DNA from: a virus
Lineage: Duplodnaviria; Caudoviricetes
Reading direction: 5' to 3' (one strand)
DNA: 35,917 nucleotides
IMG/VR virus record: IMGVR_UViG_3300044637_000453
Coordinates: 1-35,917 of that record
Position 1 is the first letter of the stretch. Each line of letters opens with the position of its first letter. This document shows positions 20,301-28,963 of the stretch, piece by piece. The position numbers and the translations under genes are program-made. Below the pieces are notes generated by a model that had not been told where the DNA came from, searched no databases, and saw only the letters and a program-made list of their open reading frames with translations.

Positions 20301-23300
20301 GGAGTTGAAATAGAATCTAAATAATTATTAGCGGCATTTTCCAATATCTTAAACCTACTTGATTCAAATTCCATGTTTTGAAGTTGAGAAGCGATGTTAA
20401 ATACATAATTAGAAATAGAGTCTTCTATTCTTTTTATGATTGGTCGCGCATTAAATTGTTGTTTTTCAAGCTGTTGAGCGGCGCTTTTATATTTATCATT
20501 TGTAGCGTCAAAAAACCTCTTCACTAAAACCCCGCTATTAGCTACAAAAAAATCTCCTTCGACTCCCATTTCATCTATTACATTATCAGATAAATCCGCT
20601 AACTCTTTAGCAATCGTTTCTGATATATTATATTTTTTAGCTATCGCCGCTAAATCAGATTCGGATGTATAACCTTGCATTTCTTTTTGAAACTCTTCCA
20701 TAAATGCAGAAGAATTTTCGGCAGTTAATCCGCCCTTTTTGAGTAAATCAAAAAAACCTTGAAATTGCACGAAAGATGTCTGCAAACTTGCTTCTGTTTC
20801 TTTTATATCACCAGAGCCTTGCTGAATATTATATCCTTTTTTTGCTAATTGATTTGATCGGACTGGTATTGTAAAAGATAATTTATCACCACTTTCTTTA
20901 TAAGAAGTTTTTAAATTATTTATTGATTTTACCATATTTGCAGTACTAGTAAAATCTTCAATAGCTTTACCCATCTTATCTATATCACCACCTGCTTCCA
21001 TAAATTTTCTTCCTAATTCAGGAGACTCTTTTGATAAATTTTGAAAAGTTTCTGATAGTTTAAAAGAAGCTTGATTTAATAAAGATGGATCTGATATAGA
21101 ACTAATTTCTTTTAATTGCTGGATGTAGGAACCACTTGAACTAATAATATTATCAACTTGTGCTTTATAAAATTCTGAAGACTTCTGCAAGTCTTCTAAC
21201 GAATCTTGAGAGTCATAAGCGGCTTTGCCTAAACCAATTAAAGCTCCAATTGCTGCTCCAGCAGCAGTTCCTAACCCTGGAATCATCGATCCAATTTCAG
21301 CACCAGTTGTTGTAGCAGTTAAAACTCCACTAGATGCGCTCGATGCAAATTTTTCAGCAGTACTTAACTGAGATCTATCTCTGCCTCCTTGAATAAGATT
21401 TTCTAACTGACCACCAATTAAAGCTCCACCCACTACACCAGCAATTCCACCTAATTTTGAACTTGCAAATTTATCTGCTTTTGCTCCTTTTGCGCCAAAA
21501 AACTTTTCAGATAAAGATTTAGAAGTAGATGTATTTGCAGTAGTTTGATTAGCGGCGTTTCTTTCTGCATCAGCATGAGCTTTAACTTGTTTTAACAACT
21601 CATTAAAAGATGCTGCCTGTAAATTATAACTTTTTAATATTTTTTGTACTGCTGAGTTTATTTGAACGTTATTGGTTTTTAATAAATCTATACTTTTTAT
21701 ATAATTATTAATAGCAGTATCAATTGAATTTCTACTTGTTACTCTTCCAGATCTCTCTCTAATTGCTGTTCCAGAAGAACTAAAATCAGCAAAGTTAGGA
21801 ATATATCCTTTACTCATCAATCCAGCATTCTTCTGTCCTCTCATTGAATCACTCAACGCATTACTTAAACCACCATGATCAGATATTGCGGAACTGAATG
21901 TTGGCTGACTCTTGTTTCTAATGTGTGGGAAAGGCTTAGTATCGAATACGGCTTTTTCTCCGCTCATGCTTTCTTCTAAGCCCATTACTGCTTGTTTATA
22001 CGCAAAGTTGGGAATAAAACCTTTTGCAGCATTCATTGCCAAGAACTCAGGATCTTTTACATAATTATTTAATAAACTATTTGTTTCTGCGGACAATGCT
22101 TTTACAAGATCAGGGCTATTCTTCAATATTTGAGAATAACTTGTTGCAGCTAATTCAAGAAAGTTTTTACCAAACTCAGATGGCAATTGATTTTCATGGC
22201 CAGTTTCATTGAAAACCATGACACCTTCTTTTATTTTAGCCGCTTGTTCAGGATCAGTTTGAGCAACTCTCTTTAATTTATCATTCATGTGTTTAGCAAC
22301 CGAGCCACCTGATAAATTTTTTTTCGGAAAACCTTTAAAATCAAGACCGATAATTCCATCATCTTGTAAAAGAGCGTCATCAAATGCAGTTTGACTAGAT
22401 TTTGCTCTAGGTTGCAATACACTGCCTCTAACAAATTCACCAAATATATTGGATTTATTTATTAATTGTAATGCTTTTCTACTAAAAGTTTCATATAATG
22501 GACCGAAAATATTAGGATCACCATTTTCATCTGCACCTTTAGCAGTGCTTCTAAAACCAATTTGTCTAAATGTATCTACATCACTAGCTTTAGATATTCC
22601 TAAAGTAGGTTGGATTTTATCAAAAGCAGCATTACCAAATTTCTTAAACCAAGGAATTCTTATTGCACTTGTAGGAGGAGCAAAATTAGGAATAAAACCT
22701 CCAGACTTATAGTCCAAAGCTAATTTTTCAGCAGTTTCTTTTTTATTTGAACCTTTAGCTACATACGTCTTTTCAAGAGGAACTTTAGTGCGATCTAAGA
22801 AAAGATTTGAAGATATTATGTCTTTATCGCTTATGCCACTAAGTCGTCCCGCAATCGATTTATTTTTTGCAATTAAATTTCTTTTATTTGTTTTGTGTAC
22901 AACGTTCTTATCAAGCCCACCTGCTGTTTGAGGTAAAATCACAGACCCGCCTTCTACTGTAGGCTTGACATACCAATTGCCTGATCTAGTACTCTTAATA
23001 GTAGCGTTATTAGACCTTATTATTTTAGAAATATAGCTGTCTAAATTAATAGGCTTTTCTGATAATTTAGCGTCTCCCCAAAAAGTCTTATTATTTAAGC
23101 CTAGTTTTTCCTTTACTTGTGGATCTTTAAACTCAAACGGATTATAATCTAATATATCGTTGTCTTCTAAGTACGCTTGTTTTAAGCCAATAGCAATCGC
23201 TATTGTATTATCAAAAACTTTTCCAGCATCCATCTTTGCTAAATAATTTGAAGCAAAATTAGGCACAAATCCACTATTCATATACGGATCAACACCCGTT

Positions 23301-25150
23301 CTACTTATAGCGTTTTGTCTATGTGCGCGGCCAGCTTTTGATCCAGCAGGAGGATTAATAAAAGGTTGAGCAAAACCGGGGACGTATTTAACATCTTCCG
23401 CAGTATTCATTACTCCACCAACAGGAGATTTCACTACTTTACCGGGAGCATAACCACCAGCTTGTGCGCCAACTGTTTCAGCCATTCTTGTTGCAGCAGG
23501 AATATAACCTCCTGCGCGAGTGACCTGCAAACCACCAGATCCTTTTACTCGCACACCTTGACCGGCTAATTGAGTGGCTAATTGTTTTGCAAGAGTTGAT
23601 TGTATTTGATATTCTGCTGTCTGTTGTCTGGCTAATTGAAGCAGCAACTGAGCTTGTGCAGCTTGATTGCCCATAGAGCCAGCAAGAGCTTGCGATACCG
23701 GCCCTTGTTGCTGCATGATTTGCAAAATAGATTGTTCAATATTTTTTCTATTTTGAGTTTCTGTCGTGATACCAGCGATCTGAGGCAAAGCTTGAGCAAG
23801 ATAAGTGAAAGAGTTTTGTATTAACTTAAAAAGCGTAAAGAAAGCAGCGATAGCGCCGGGACCAGCTATTATATTACGAATACCTTTTAATAAACCATTA
23901 GCGAAAGTAGAACCAACTCCTTCTCCTTCAAGAATTTCGTTCATGCTTTCGACAAGTGATTTCAATTGTTCTGTACCATATCTAGCCAATGGTTCAAATG
24001 TTACTTTACCAATATTATTTGCTAGTTGTTGTGTAGAAGTGGCAGTTTGCTTTAATAAAGCGTCAAGAGTTTGATTTAGTTTGGCGGTAGCGATTTCAGC
24101 TTCATTTGTTGCTGATGCGCCTCTTTGTAAAGCTCCAGCATACACGCCTTGAGATTTATTTAAATCACCAACAATAGCTTTAAGAATGTTAACTTGATAA
24201 ACACCAGCGACTTGTTCAGATAACTGCGCTCTTTGAGCGTCTCCTAAGTTTTTATAAGCACCTGCGAAATTTTGTAGAATAGAGACTGCTGGTAAAGTAT
24301 TTCCTTGTACATCTCTTACAGCTATATTGAAAGCTTCTAATTGGTCAAGAGTATCAGTACGTTGTAAGCGAGTAAAAATTGTTTTTAATGCGTTACCAAT
24401 AACCGCGCCGCCTCTTGCTGTACTTTGTTGAGCGGATGTAACTAATGCGTTTAACTGATCAAAACTAACTCCTGCTTCTTGCGCCGCTTGACCTGTACGA
24501 GACAATGCTTCAGCCAAGTCTCCTGCGCCAACTGCGAAATCCTGTTCGACAGCTACAAGTTTATTTAATATTTGAGTTGTTGTTATTCCAGTTGCAGAAA
24601 AACCGTTTATAGTAGAAGTTAAAGCGTCAACAGAATTTGCAGTGCTAATTCCAGCGACTCTTGCTAAAGTTAATGCGTCTTTTGTTCTTATTAAAACTTC
24701 TTCAGCTTTTAAACCTTGACGAGAGAATTCAAGAGCAGCTTTAGACGCGTCATCAAATGTAGAAGCCGTTTGTTTACCAACGCTAAATAAATCTGTACTA
24801 AATTTTTGTAATTGACCAGTAGTTAATCCGAATACACGATTAATATCAGCAAGATTCTTTTCGACATCAATAGTAACATTAGCTAGTTCTTTAAAACTAC
24901 GAATAACACCACCAAGAACAGCGGTTGAAGCTCCGAAGGCGATAACGCGAGCATTAGAAGCGGCAAGAGCCGCCTCAAAATCCTTAACATCACCAGTCAT
25001 TCTTCCGAGCGGCTGAGAGAAAGCTCGTTGATTAACGCTTAAATTAACCTGATTGTTCTGAGCGAATTTTTGATTGTACGCTTGAACACCAGCTTGAATA
25101 GAAGCTGTTAATGCTGCTTGATTGGCGGCGACATTGATTTGAACGGCCAT
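17375..25150 (-). CDS. Tail tape measure protein (TP901-like N-terminal domain) with internal cargo domains
   Basis: 2591 aa, Ala/Gln/Leu-rich and helical; N-terminal LAEALSRTG...GGAVIGNALKTIFTRL; C-terminal GTGSGDKYPAMLENGEYVLNRRAV and FASGG motifs; lies upstream of the tail tip genes. Confidence 0.93.
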   Translation of the reverse strand: MAVQINVAANQAALTASIQAGVQAYNQKFAQNNQVNLSVNQRAFSQPLGRMTGDVKDFEAALAASNARVIAFGASTAVLGGVIRSFKELANVTIDVEKNLADINRVFGLTTGQLQKFSTDLFSVGKQTASTFDDASKAALEFSRQGLKAEEVLIRTKDALTLARVAGISTANSVDALTSTINGFSATGITTTQILNKLVAVEQDFAVGAGDLAEALSRTGQAAQEAGVSFDQLNALVTSAQQSTARGGAVIGNALKTIFTRLQRTDTLDQLEAFNIAVRDVQGNTLPAVSILQNFAGAYKNLGDAQRAQLSEQVAGVYQVNILKAIVGDLNKSQGVYAGALQRGASATNEAEIATAKLNQTLDALLKQTATSTQQLANNIGKVTFEPLARYGTEQLKSLVESMNEILEGEGVGSTFANGLLKGIRNIIAGPGAIAAFFTLFKLIQNSFTYLAQALPQIAGITTETQNRKNIEQSILQIMQQQGPVSQALAGSMGNQAAQAQLLLQLARQQTAEYQIQSTLAKQLATQLAGQGVRVKGSGGLQVTRAGGYIPAATRMAETVGAQAGGYAPGKVVKSPVGGVMNTAEDVKYVPGFAQPFINPPAGSKAGRAHRQNAISRTGVDPYMNSGFVPNFASNYLAKMDAGKVFDNTIAIAIGLKQAYLEDNDILDYNPFEFKDPQVKEKLGLNNKTFWGDAKLSEKPINLDSYISKIIRSNNATIKSTRSGNWYVKPTVEGGSVILPQTAGGLDKNVVHKTNKRNLIAKNKSIAGRLSGISDKDIISSNLFLDRTKVPLEKTYVAKGSNKKETAEKLALDYKSGGFIPNFAPPTSAIRIPWFKKFGNAAFDKIQPTLGISKASDVDTFRQIGFRSTAKGADENGDPNIFGPLYETFSRKALQLINKSNIFGEFVRGSVLQPRAKSSQTAFDDALLQDDGIIGLDFKGFPKKNLSGGSVAKHMNDKLKRVAQTDPEQAAKIKEGVMVFNETGHENQLPSEFGKNFLELAATSYSQILKNSPDLVKALSAETNSLLNNYVKDPEFLAMNAAKGFIPNFAYKQAVMGLEESMSGEKAVFDTKPFPHIRNKSQPTFSSAISDHGGLSNALSDSMRGQKNAGLMSKGYIPNFADFSSSGTAIRERSGRVTSRNSIDTAINNYIKSIDLLKTNNVQINSAVQKILKSYNLQAASFNELLKQVKAHADAERNAANQTTANTSTSKSLSEKFFGAKGAKADKFASSKLGGIAGVVGGALIGGQLENLIQGGRDRSQLSTAEKFASSASSGVLTATTTGAEIGSMIPGLGTAAGAAIGALIGLGKAAYDSQDSLEDLQKSSEFYKAQVDNIISSSGSYIQQLKEISSISDPSLLNQASFKLSETFQNLSKESPELGRKFMEAGGDIDKMGKAIEDFTSTANMVKSINNLKTSYKESGDKLSFTIPVRSNQLAKKGYNIQQGSGDIKETEASLQTSFVQFQGFFDLLKKGGLTAENSSAFMEEFQKEMQGYTSESDLAAIAKKYNISETIAKELADLSDNVIDEMGVEGDFFVANSGVLVKRFFDATNDKYKSAAQQLEKQQFNARPIIKRIEDSISNYVFNIASQLQNMEFESSRFKILENAANNYLDSISTPLEKASREISSRNRETQTKTEASRMKFTSDFEQNIGSKLPKTLGGSDAGTLGKLEKLIESFKTSSPEQQLSQINELIKNTNSVEATSAAGYKNVDPNEVKSLNAELKKERDSLMLLIQTKKENLSLSALENDVAKRKAESTERLLILQNKLIESDTKRAISIAGQKANIDIRENDLQNTRKTPGFGFGVSEGRINRETIMQNRGLMMERQSLTRADTLGNVKSQLKSTLFPILTPIKTAFQEIEKVSISEQPNLYKNLGVDKVNISDMTDLFNLDDMLDKINDPASLESFRKNLEYIFSNIDQTSVLYKPLQEQMGIISQTLIGLDKESKIFESNSQADIKIADVNDRINNAYIYRLNTLLQIEKAQRGILNTIEIEEQRLEAAKSRPANFFGLGVTGKAEKQIGFDEQNLALRQRRQNAQATQNVQQQLSQFETYRSKIKAESINPLLQEGSYGPLNKEQTDRAEKARTAIANLDTSKVTNVDQAKAFVSELSNIRNQYGLQGEAAKTLADTEKEINSILNSNVDELDKMRSIQDILNSKVRQEAKDRQSIRMGFKEGFDQIQEDADTGLNRLAKDTPMLFRDGMVNAIKAAVKETDNLGDALLGVAANFLDTISNRLMEVGVSKLISGSGIESLFTAQKGGVVRAQSGMYVSGTGSGDKYPAMLENGEYVLNRRAVMAMGGPAALDTLNFSAAPRFASGGAFNAELSDIKSMEDGMTTFGLENSSLYKELRDAEIQKAEQARQKKRARQAQTAQMVGSIVASIATIGIGAGISNKMGNIQAGKAQTLSAKLNATGGAGMTNSELGSLAKFQKSGLLGNNFEYKGPTNIQSGFNSFLSGPSFGPNRALVTKPMGRQTGGSIGSRLSDTIPGYMEGGLYNSPMVKQYDVGMQGGGTSAVANNSNTVNNSNASNSFNFNTSVNRDGAIQMGADSSTYKQQDVELSNNLNTKIYGAVLDVIREQQRFGGSLAGTRKA
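21788..23272 (-). repeat. Four dispersed G(F/Y)(I/V)PNFA peptide repeats within the TMP
   Basis: GFVPNFA 23252-23272, GFIPNFA 22679-22699, GFIPNFA 22001-22021, GYIPNFA 21788-21808; degenerate GYIPAA at 23492-23509. Confidence 0.92.
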
Positions 25151-25159
25151 ATGCTTTAT

Positions 25160-25165
25160 TTACAC
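25160..25165 (-). promoter_or_regulatory. GTGTAA motif before the TMP
   Basis: GTGTAA-N9-ATG in the 28-nt intergenic gap. Confidence 0.6.
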
Positions 25166-25178
25166 GTTAAAATTACTA

Positions 25179-26174
25179 TTAACCGAATATTTTCATCATA
25201 TCGTCCATACTCAATGAGCCGCCTTTCTTTTTGGCTTCGTCTGCTAAAGATAAAGTCTTTTGACCTTTAGCCTTTAATCCTATATATTCAAGATCTTCTG
25301 ATGTTGCGCCAACTATTGAAGTCGCTTGGTTTTCTTTATTATTTCTGTTTTCAATTGTCTTTTTAGCGTTTTCATTAGCATTGACATAATCGATAATTTT
25401 ATCAGGATCATCTTTAATATCTTGAGGCATTTTATCATTTTGCTGAAAAACATTCTTAAAAAATCGAGCATAAATAAGTAATTTTACTTGATTATAAGTA
25501 AGCTCGCACACACATTTACCAAAGAATTCAGTAGGATTTTCGGCAAAAGGCATATACAAATTGAAAAAATCTTGTAAAATTAGATGTTGAATTGTGTTGT
25601 CATTTATGTTTTTGTATACCTCTGAGTATTGTTTTATAATACAAGTAAGAGTTTCAGAATCGATATTATCAAACTCATCTTCTTCGAAAGCTTCTTGACT
25701 TAACTTTTTATCTTTATACAAACATTTCAATATATAATAATCATTAACTCTTTCTTCGGCATAACTTTCGGCGGTTCTTTGAAAGAATGCTGCTCTTGTA
25801 TTTTTTAAATCGTTTAAACGTTTTTGCGCCGATTCAATATCATTATTAACTCTTGTTATTTCTGATTTTAGATATAACGCTTTCTTTTGTTTATTGAAGT
25901 TTTCTATTAAATTTTGTTCTTGTGTTATTAAAGATTCTTGTTTATTTGACCATTGTTTTTCGTCAACCAACCGTTCTAAAGTTTCATTATTCGTAGGAAC
26001 GCCGCGTTTTTTAGCTTGATCAAAATAGACATCATAAATTTGATCAATATCGACTTGATCTTCCAAAGACAAATGCTTTAAATAAAAAAGATTCTCTAAA
26101 ACTTTAATCTCAGAGAATCCATTTTTTATATCCCTAAAAGCTTTTTTGTATTTACTCTGTTGGGACTGTTCCAT
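25179..26174 (-). CDS. Putative tail assembly chaperone (pre-TMP protein)
   Basis: Charged helical 331-aa ORF immediately upstream of the TMP; own ATG preceded by GGAG. Function inferred from position only. Confidence 0.5.
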   Translation of the reverse strand: MEQSQQSKYKKAFRDIKNGFSEIKVLENLFYLKHLSLEDQVDIDQIYDVYFDQAKKRGVPTNNETLERLVDEKQWSNKQESLITQEQNLIENFNKQKKALYLKSEITRVNNDIESAQKRLNDLKNTRAAFFQRTAESYAEERVNDYYILKCLYKDKKLSQEAFEEDEFDNIDSETLTCIIKQYSEVYKNINDNTIQHLILQDFFNLYMPFAENPTEFFGKCVCELTYNQVKLLIYARFFKNVFQQNDKMPQDIKDDPDKIIDYVNANENAKKTIENRNNKENQATSIVGATSEDLEYIGLKAKGQKTLSLADEAKKKGGSLSMDDMMKIFG

Positions 26175-26931
26175 CTATTTCTCCAATGATTCTATCGAAT
26201 TCTTCTTTTTCTGTATTGCTGGTAAAGAACCAGTAACTAATAACACTAGCTAGTTTACTATAGCATTTTTCATAAATTTCATTCTTATTCTCTTCGTAAT
26301 CAAACATGACAGATTCTTTAATTTCAAATGTCTTGCCGGGAAATAGCCATTCATATTCAGGACTCTTTTTACTATTATCCTTGAATTGAGTTAGACTTAG
26401 TACATACCAAAGAATAGCTCTATTTTGAGCTTTAATGTCGGCAGTATGATTAAACAAAGTCATATAACTCGTTTCTTTTTCAATAAGAGTCTTACGACGT
26501 TGAAGAATTTCAGAAGTTACTTTTTCAATCTTTAGCTTGTAATCTTCATCGCGTTCCGATTCTGGTTTTAGATTAAGAATAGTTAGTCTACTTTGTAGAT
26601 CTCCAATTTCTCCAGCGGCAGAAACCATTATCTTCGCGTCATTGTCGCTGATCAAACCACCAGTATCACTATACTTATTTAGCAACATCGCCTTTGTTAA
26701 AATTCCATTTCGGATGCATCGGCTCATTTCAATACTGAATTCCATGTCAGCTTCTTGCATTTGTTTTCTATTTGGCTGAAGAATGTGAATTTCTATTGGA
26801 ATTTGTTTCTTAACTTTTTCCTTATAAGTGCGAACGACCTGTTCGCCTTGTTCGTTTGTAACCGTTTCAGTCTTATCCTCTTCGACTTCGGCTGTTTTAA
26901 AAATGTTGAAACTATACAGTGACTTTGACAT
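26152..26931 (-). CDS. Putative tail assembly chaperone
   Basis: Charged helical 259-aa ORF, first gene of the leftward tail unit. Function inferred from position only. Confidence 0.5.
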   Translation of the reverse strand: MSKSLYSFNIFKTAEVEEDKTETVTNEQGEQVVRTYKEKVKKQIPIEIHILQPNRKQMQEADMEFSIEMSRCIRNGILTKAMLLNKYSDTGGLISDNDAKIMVSAAGEIGDLQSRLTILNLKPESERDEDYKLKIEKVTSEILQRRKTLIEKETSYMTLFNHTADIKAQNRAILWYVLSLTQFKDNSKKSPEYEWLFPGKTFEIKESVMFDYEENKNEIYEKCYSKLASVISYWFFTSNTEKEEFDRIIGEIDGTVPTE

Positions 26932-26972
26932 AATTTATTTATATTAATATATATTCTATAGTTTTTCAACCA

Positions 26973-26978
26973 GTGTAA
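26973..26978 (+). promoter_or_regulatory. GTGTAA motif before the neck operon
   Basis: TTCTATAG-N11-GTGTAA-N8-ATG at the head of a divergent unit. Confidence 0.65.
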
Positions 26979-26986
26979 AGGTATAT

Positions 26987-27442
26987 ATGGCTACGAATCT
27001 TATATCTGCTTCAGAAAGAATCGCGCTTAATGCGGTTATTGATGATGTTCATGAGACTTTTGCTCGCGAAATCACTGTTTTTAAAGAAGCCTCACAGATT
27101 GTAATTATTACCGACCCTAACTTTAATCCATTATATAATACCGCTGGTCAAACCACTTCATATGTAAATACACCAGTTTATAAGACATTTAAAGTAAGAA
27201 TATTTTATAACGACGACGTTAGTAAAAAATACTGGAACGAATCAGGACTAGCTTCTCAAATTAAATTAGAAGTCGTTGTTGGATCTGTAAGAATAAAGAT
27301 GCGAGCAGAAGATTATGATTATATTAAAGATGCCCGCCGTTTTGATCTTGATGGAAAACGATTTGTATTGAATTCTTCATTTAGACCTCATGGTTTATTT
27401 GACAATCAATATTATACTCTTTATCTCAAACCTGACGCATAA
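26987..27442 (+). CDS. Putative head closure / neck protein
   Basis: 151-aa ORF with a beta-rich C-half (RFDLDGKRF, YYTLYLK) heading the unit that ends in the major tail gene. Confidence 0.5.
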   Translation: MATNLISASERIALNAVIDDVHETFAREITVFKEASQIVIITDPNFNPLYNTAGQTTSYVNTPVYKTFKVRIFYNDDVSKKYWNESGLASQIKLEVVVGSVRIKMRAEDYDYIKDARRFDLDGKRFVLNSSFRPHGLFDNQYYTLYLKPDA

Positions 27443-27445
27443 AAT

Positions 27446-28036
27446 ATGGACCCAGATTACAGAAAAATAATGCAAGATTTGCAAGCCGACAAAGAGTATC
27501 AAAAAGAAGTTCATAGAATAGTTGAAAAAGAATTCAATAAAATAAAAAACCAATATTTACAAGAATTTCTTAATCATCCTATCACTCAAGAAATAAAAGG
27601 AGGCATAGACGCAACAAACACATCAGGAACTCTTGCCGGTATAACTAATTTATATTCTTTTATTGGGTTTGATGAAGGATCTGACCCCATAAAACCTATT
27701 GAAGATTTATTAGAGAAGTCTAATTATAGAATTGTTTTTAATAATAAAGCTTTAGATAGTACAATTATTTTTGATATACCTACCGCTGTGCAAATATTTG
27801 AAATAACGCCTATGCCTTGGGCAGTTGGCAGAAGTTGGGCGAGAGGAATAGAAACCGGAATATCGGGTCTTGGATATTATTTAAAAAAAATAAAAAACAG
27901 TCGATCTGGATTCGGTATTCAATCATCAACCAATCAAGTTAGACCGGGAACTGTTTTTAAAAATACAAAATACATATCTGATTTAATAAACAAATTCTCT
28001 AAAGATTTAAAAAGTTTAAATAAAATTACAGCATGA
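27446..28036 (+). CDS. Putative neck / tail completion protein
   Basis: 196-aa ORF (NLYSFIGF, TPMPW..GRSWARGIETGISGLG); position between head-closure-like and terminator-like genes. Confidence 0.45.
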   Translation: MDPDYRKIMQDLQADKEYQKEVHRIVEKEFNKIKNQYLQEFLNHPITQEIKGGIDATNTSGTLAGITNLYSFIGFDEGSDPIKPIEDLLEKSNYRIVFNNKALDSTIIFDIPTAVQIFEITPMPWAVGRSWARGIETGISGLGYYLKKIKNSRSGFGIQSSTNQVRPGTVFKNTKYISDLINKFSKDLKSLNKITA

Positions 28037-28893
28037 AACCGACATTTACTCATAATGTTATTAACAGTTTTTTTCTTTGGTTCGATAATTTCTTAATGAC
28101 CAAAGGTGACGCTTATAAAACTTATACAACAAAACTATATAATTATCAAGATCCTCGACTTGGTGGAGATAAAGTTGTTTACGGATCTCCATATAAACAA
28201 TGGGTATACGATAAAAATATAACTGGCGCAACAATACCATCTGGTTTCACAATTAATAATCAATTTGTATCTACTGGTACAAGCGGTATGAGAATTGATT
28301 TTGATAATGGCAGAATTATTTTTAATAGCGGAGTTTCAACGGGCCTGAACATAACCGGAACTTATTCAGTCAAAGAAGTAAACAGTTATATAACAGATCA
28401 GCCAGAAGATAATTTAATAATTGAAAACAAATTCGTAACAAATAGCAGATTCACAGTATCTGAAAATTATATTACTCCATATAATCCTGTTACTCCTTGT
28501 ATATTCGCTTCTATTGAAACATCTCATAACACTGCATTTGCTTTTGGCGGTGAAGACGAAACAAAATGCATTATTAAAGTCGTAGCGTTTTGTGAAAACT
28601 TATATCAGCTAGACGGAGTTCTTAGCGTATTTGGCGATTCATATAATGAAATATTTAGTATCATACCAATGACAGGTCATCCATTAGGAGAATTCAATGA
28701 AATGAAAACTGGCGCATATCCTACAGGATATGATTATAAAAATTTAAACAACGCATACAATTCTCAAACGCTTTTTATATCCCATGTTGAAACTTCAAAG
28801 ATTCGCGATAGCGTTATTAAAGAATTAAATCCGATTCTTCATATTGGATTTTTAGACTTTGAAATCAAAACTTATCGATACCCTCGATTATAA
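28033..28893 (+). CDS. Putative tail terminator / tail completion protein
   Basis: 286-aa ORF with ATGA overlap, directly upstream of the major tail gene; PCIF...AFGG..ETK..IKVVAF...GFLDFEI pattern. Confidence 0.5.
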   Translation: MKPTFTHNVINSFFLWFDNFLMTKGDAYKTYTTKLYNYQDPRLGGDKVVYGSPYKQWVYDKNITGATIPSGFTINNQFVSTGTSGMRIDFDNGRIIFNSGVSTGLNITGTYSVKEVNSYITDQPEDNLIIENKFVTNSRFTVSENYITPYNPVTPCIFASIETSHNTAFAFGGEDETKCIIKVVAFCENLYQLDGVLSVFGDSYNEIFSIIPMTGHPLGEFNEMKTGAYPTGYDYKNLNNAYNSQTLFISHVETSKIRDSVIKELNPILHIGFLDFEIKTYRYPRL

Positions 28894-28963
28894 TTTCACA
28901 AAAACAACCAATCACTGTAAAAAATATTAACAATTTAACAACAATTAAACAAATAAAAAACAT

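Noticed and set aside
26152-26174. Lambda G/GT-type -1 programmed frameshift between the two pre-TMP genes
   Set aside because: The frames are related by +1, no X XXY YYZ heptamer is seen near the overlap, and the second gene has its own GGAG-preceded ATG.
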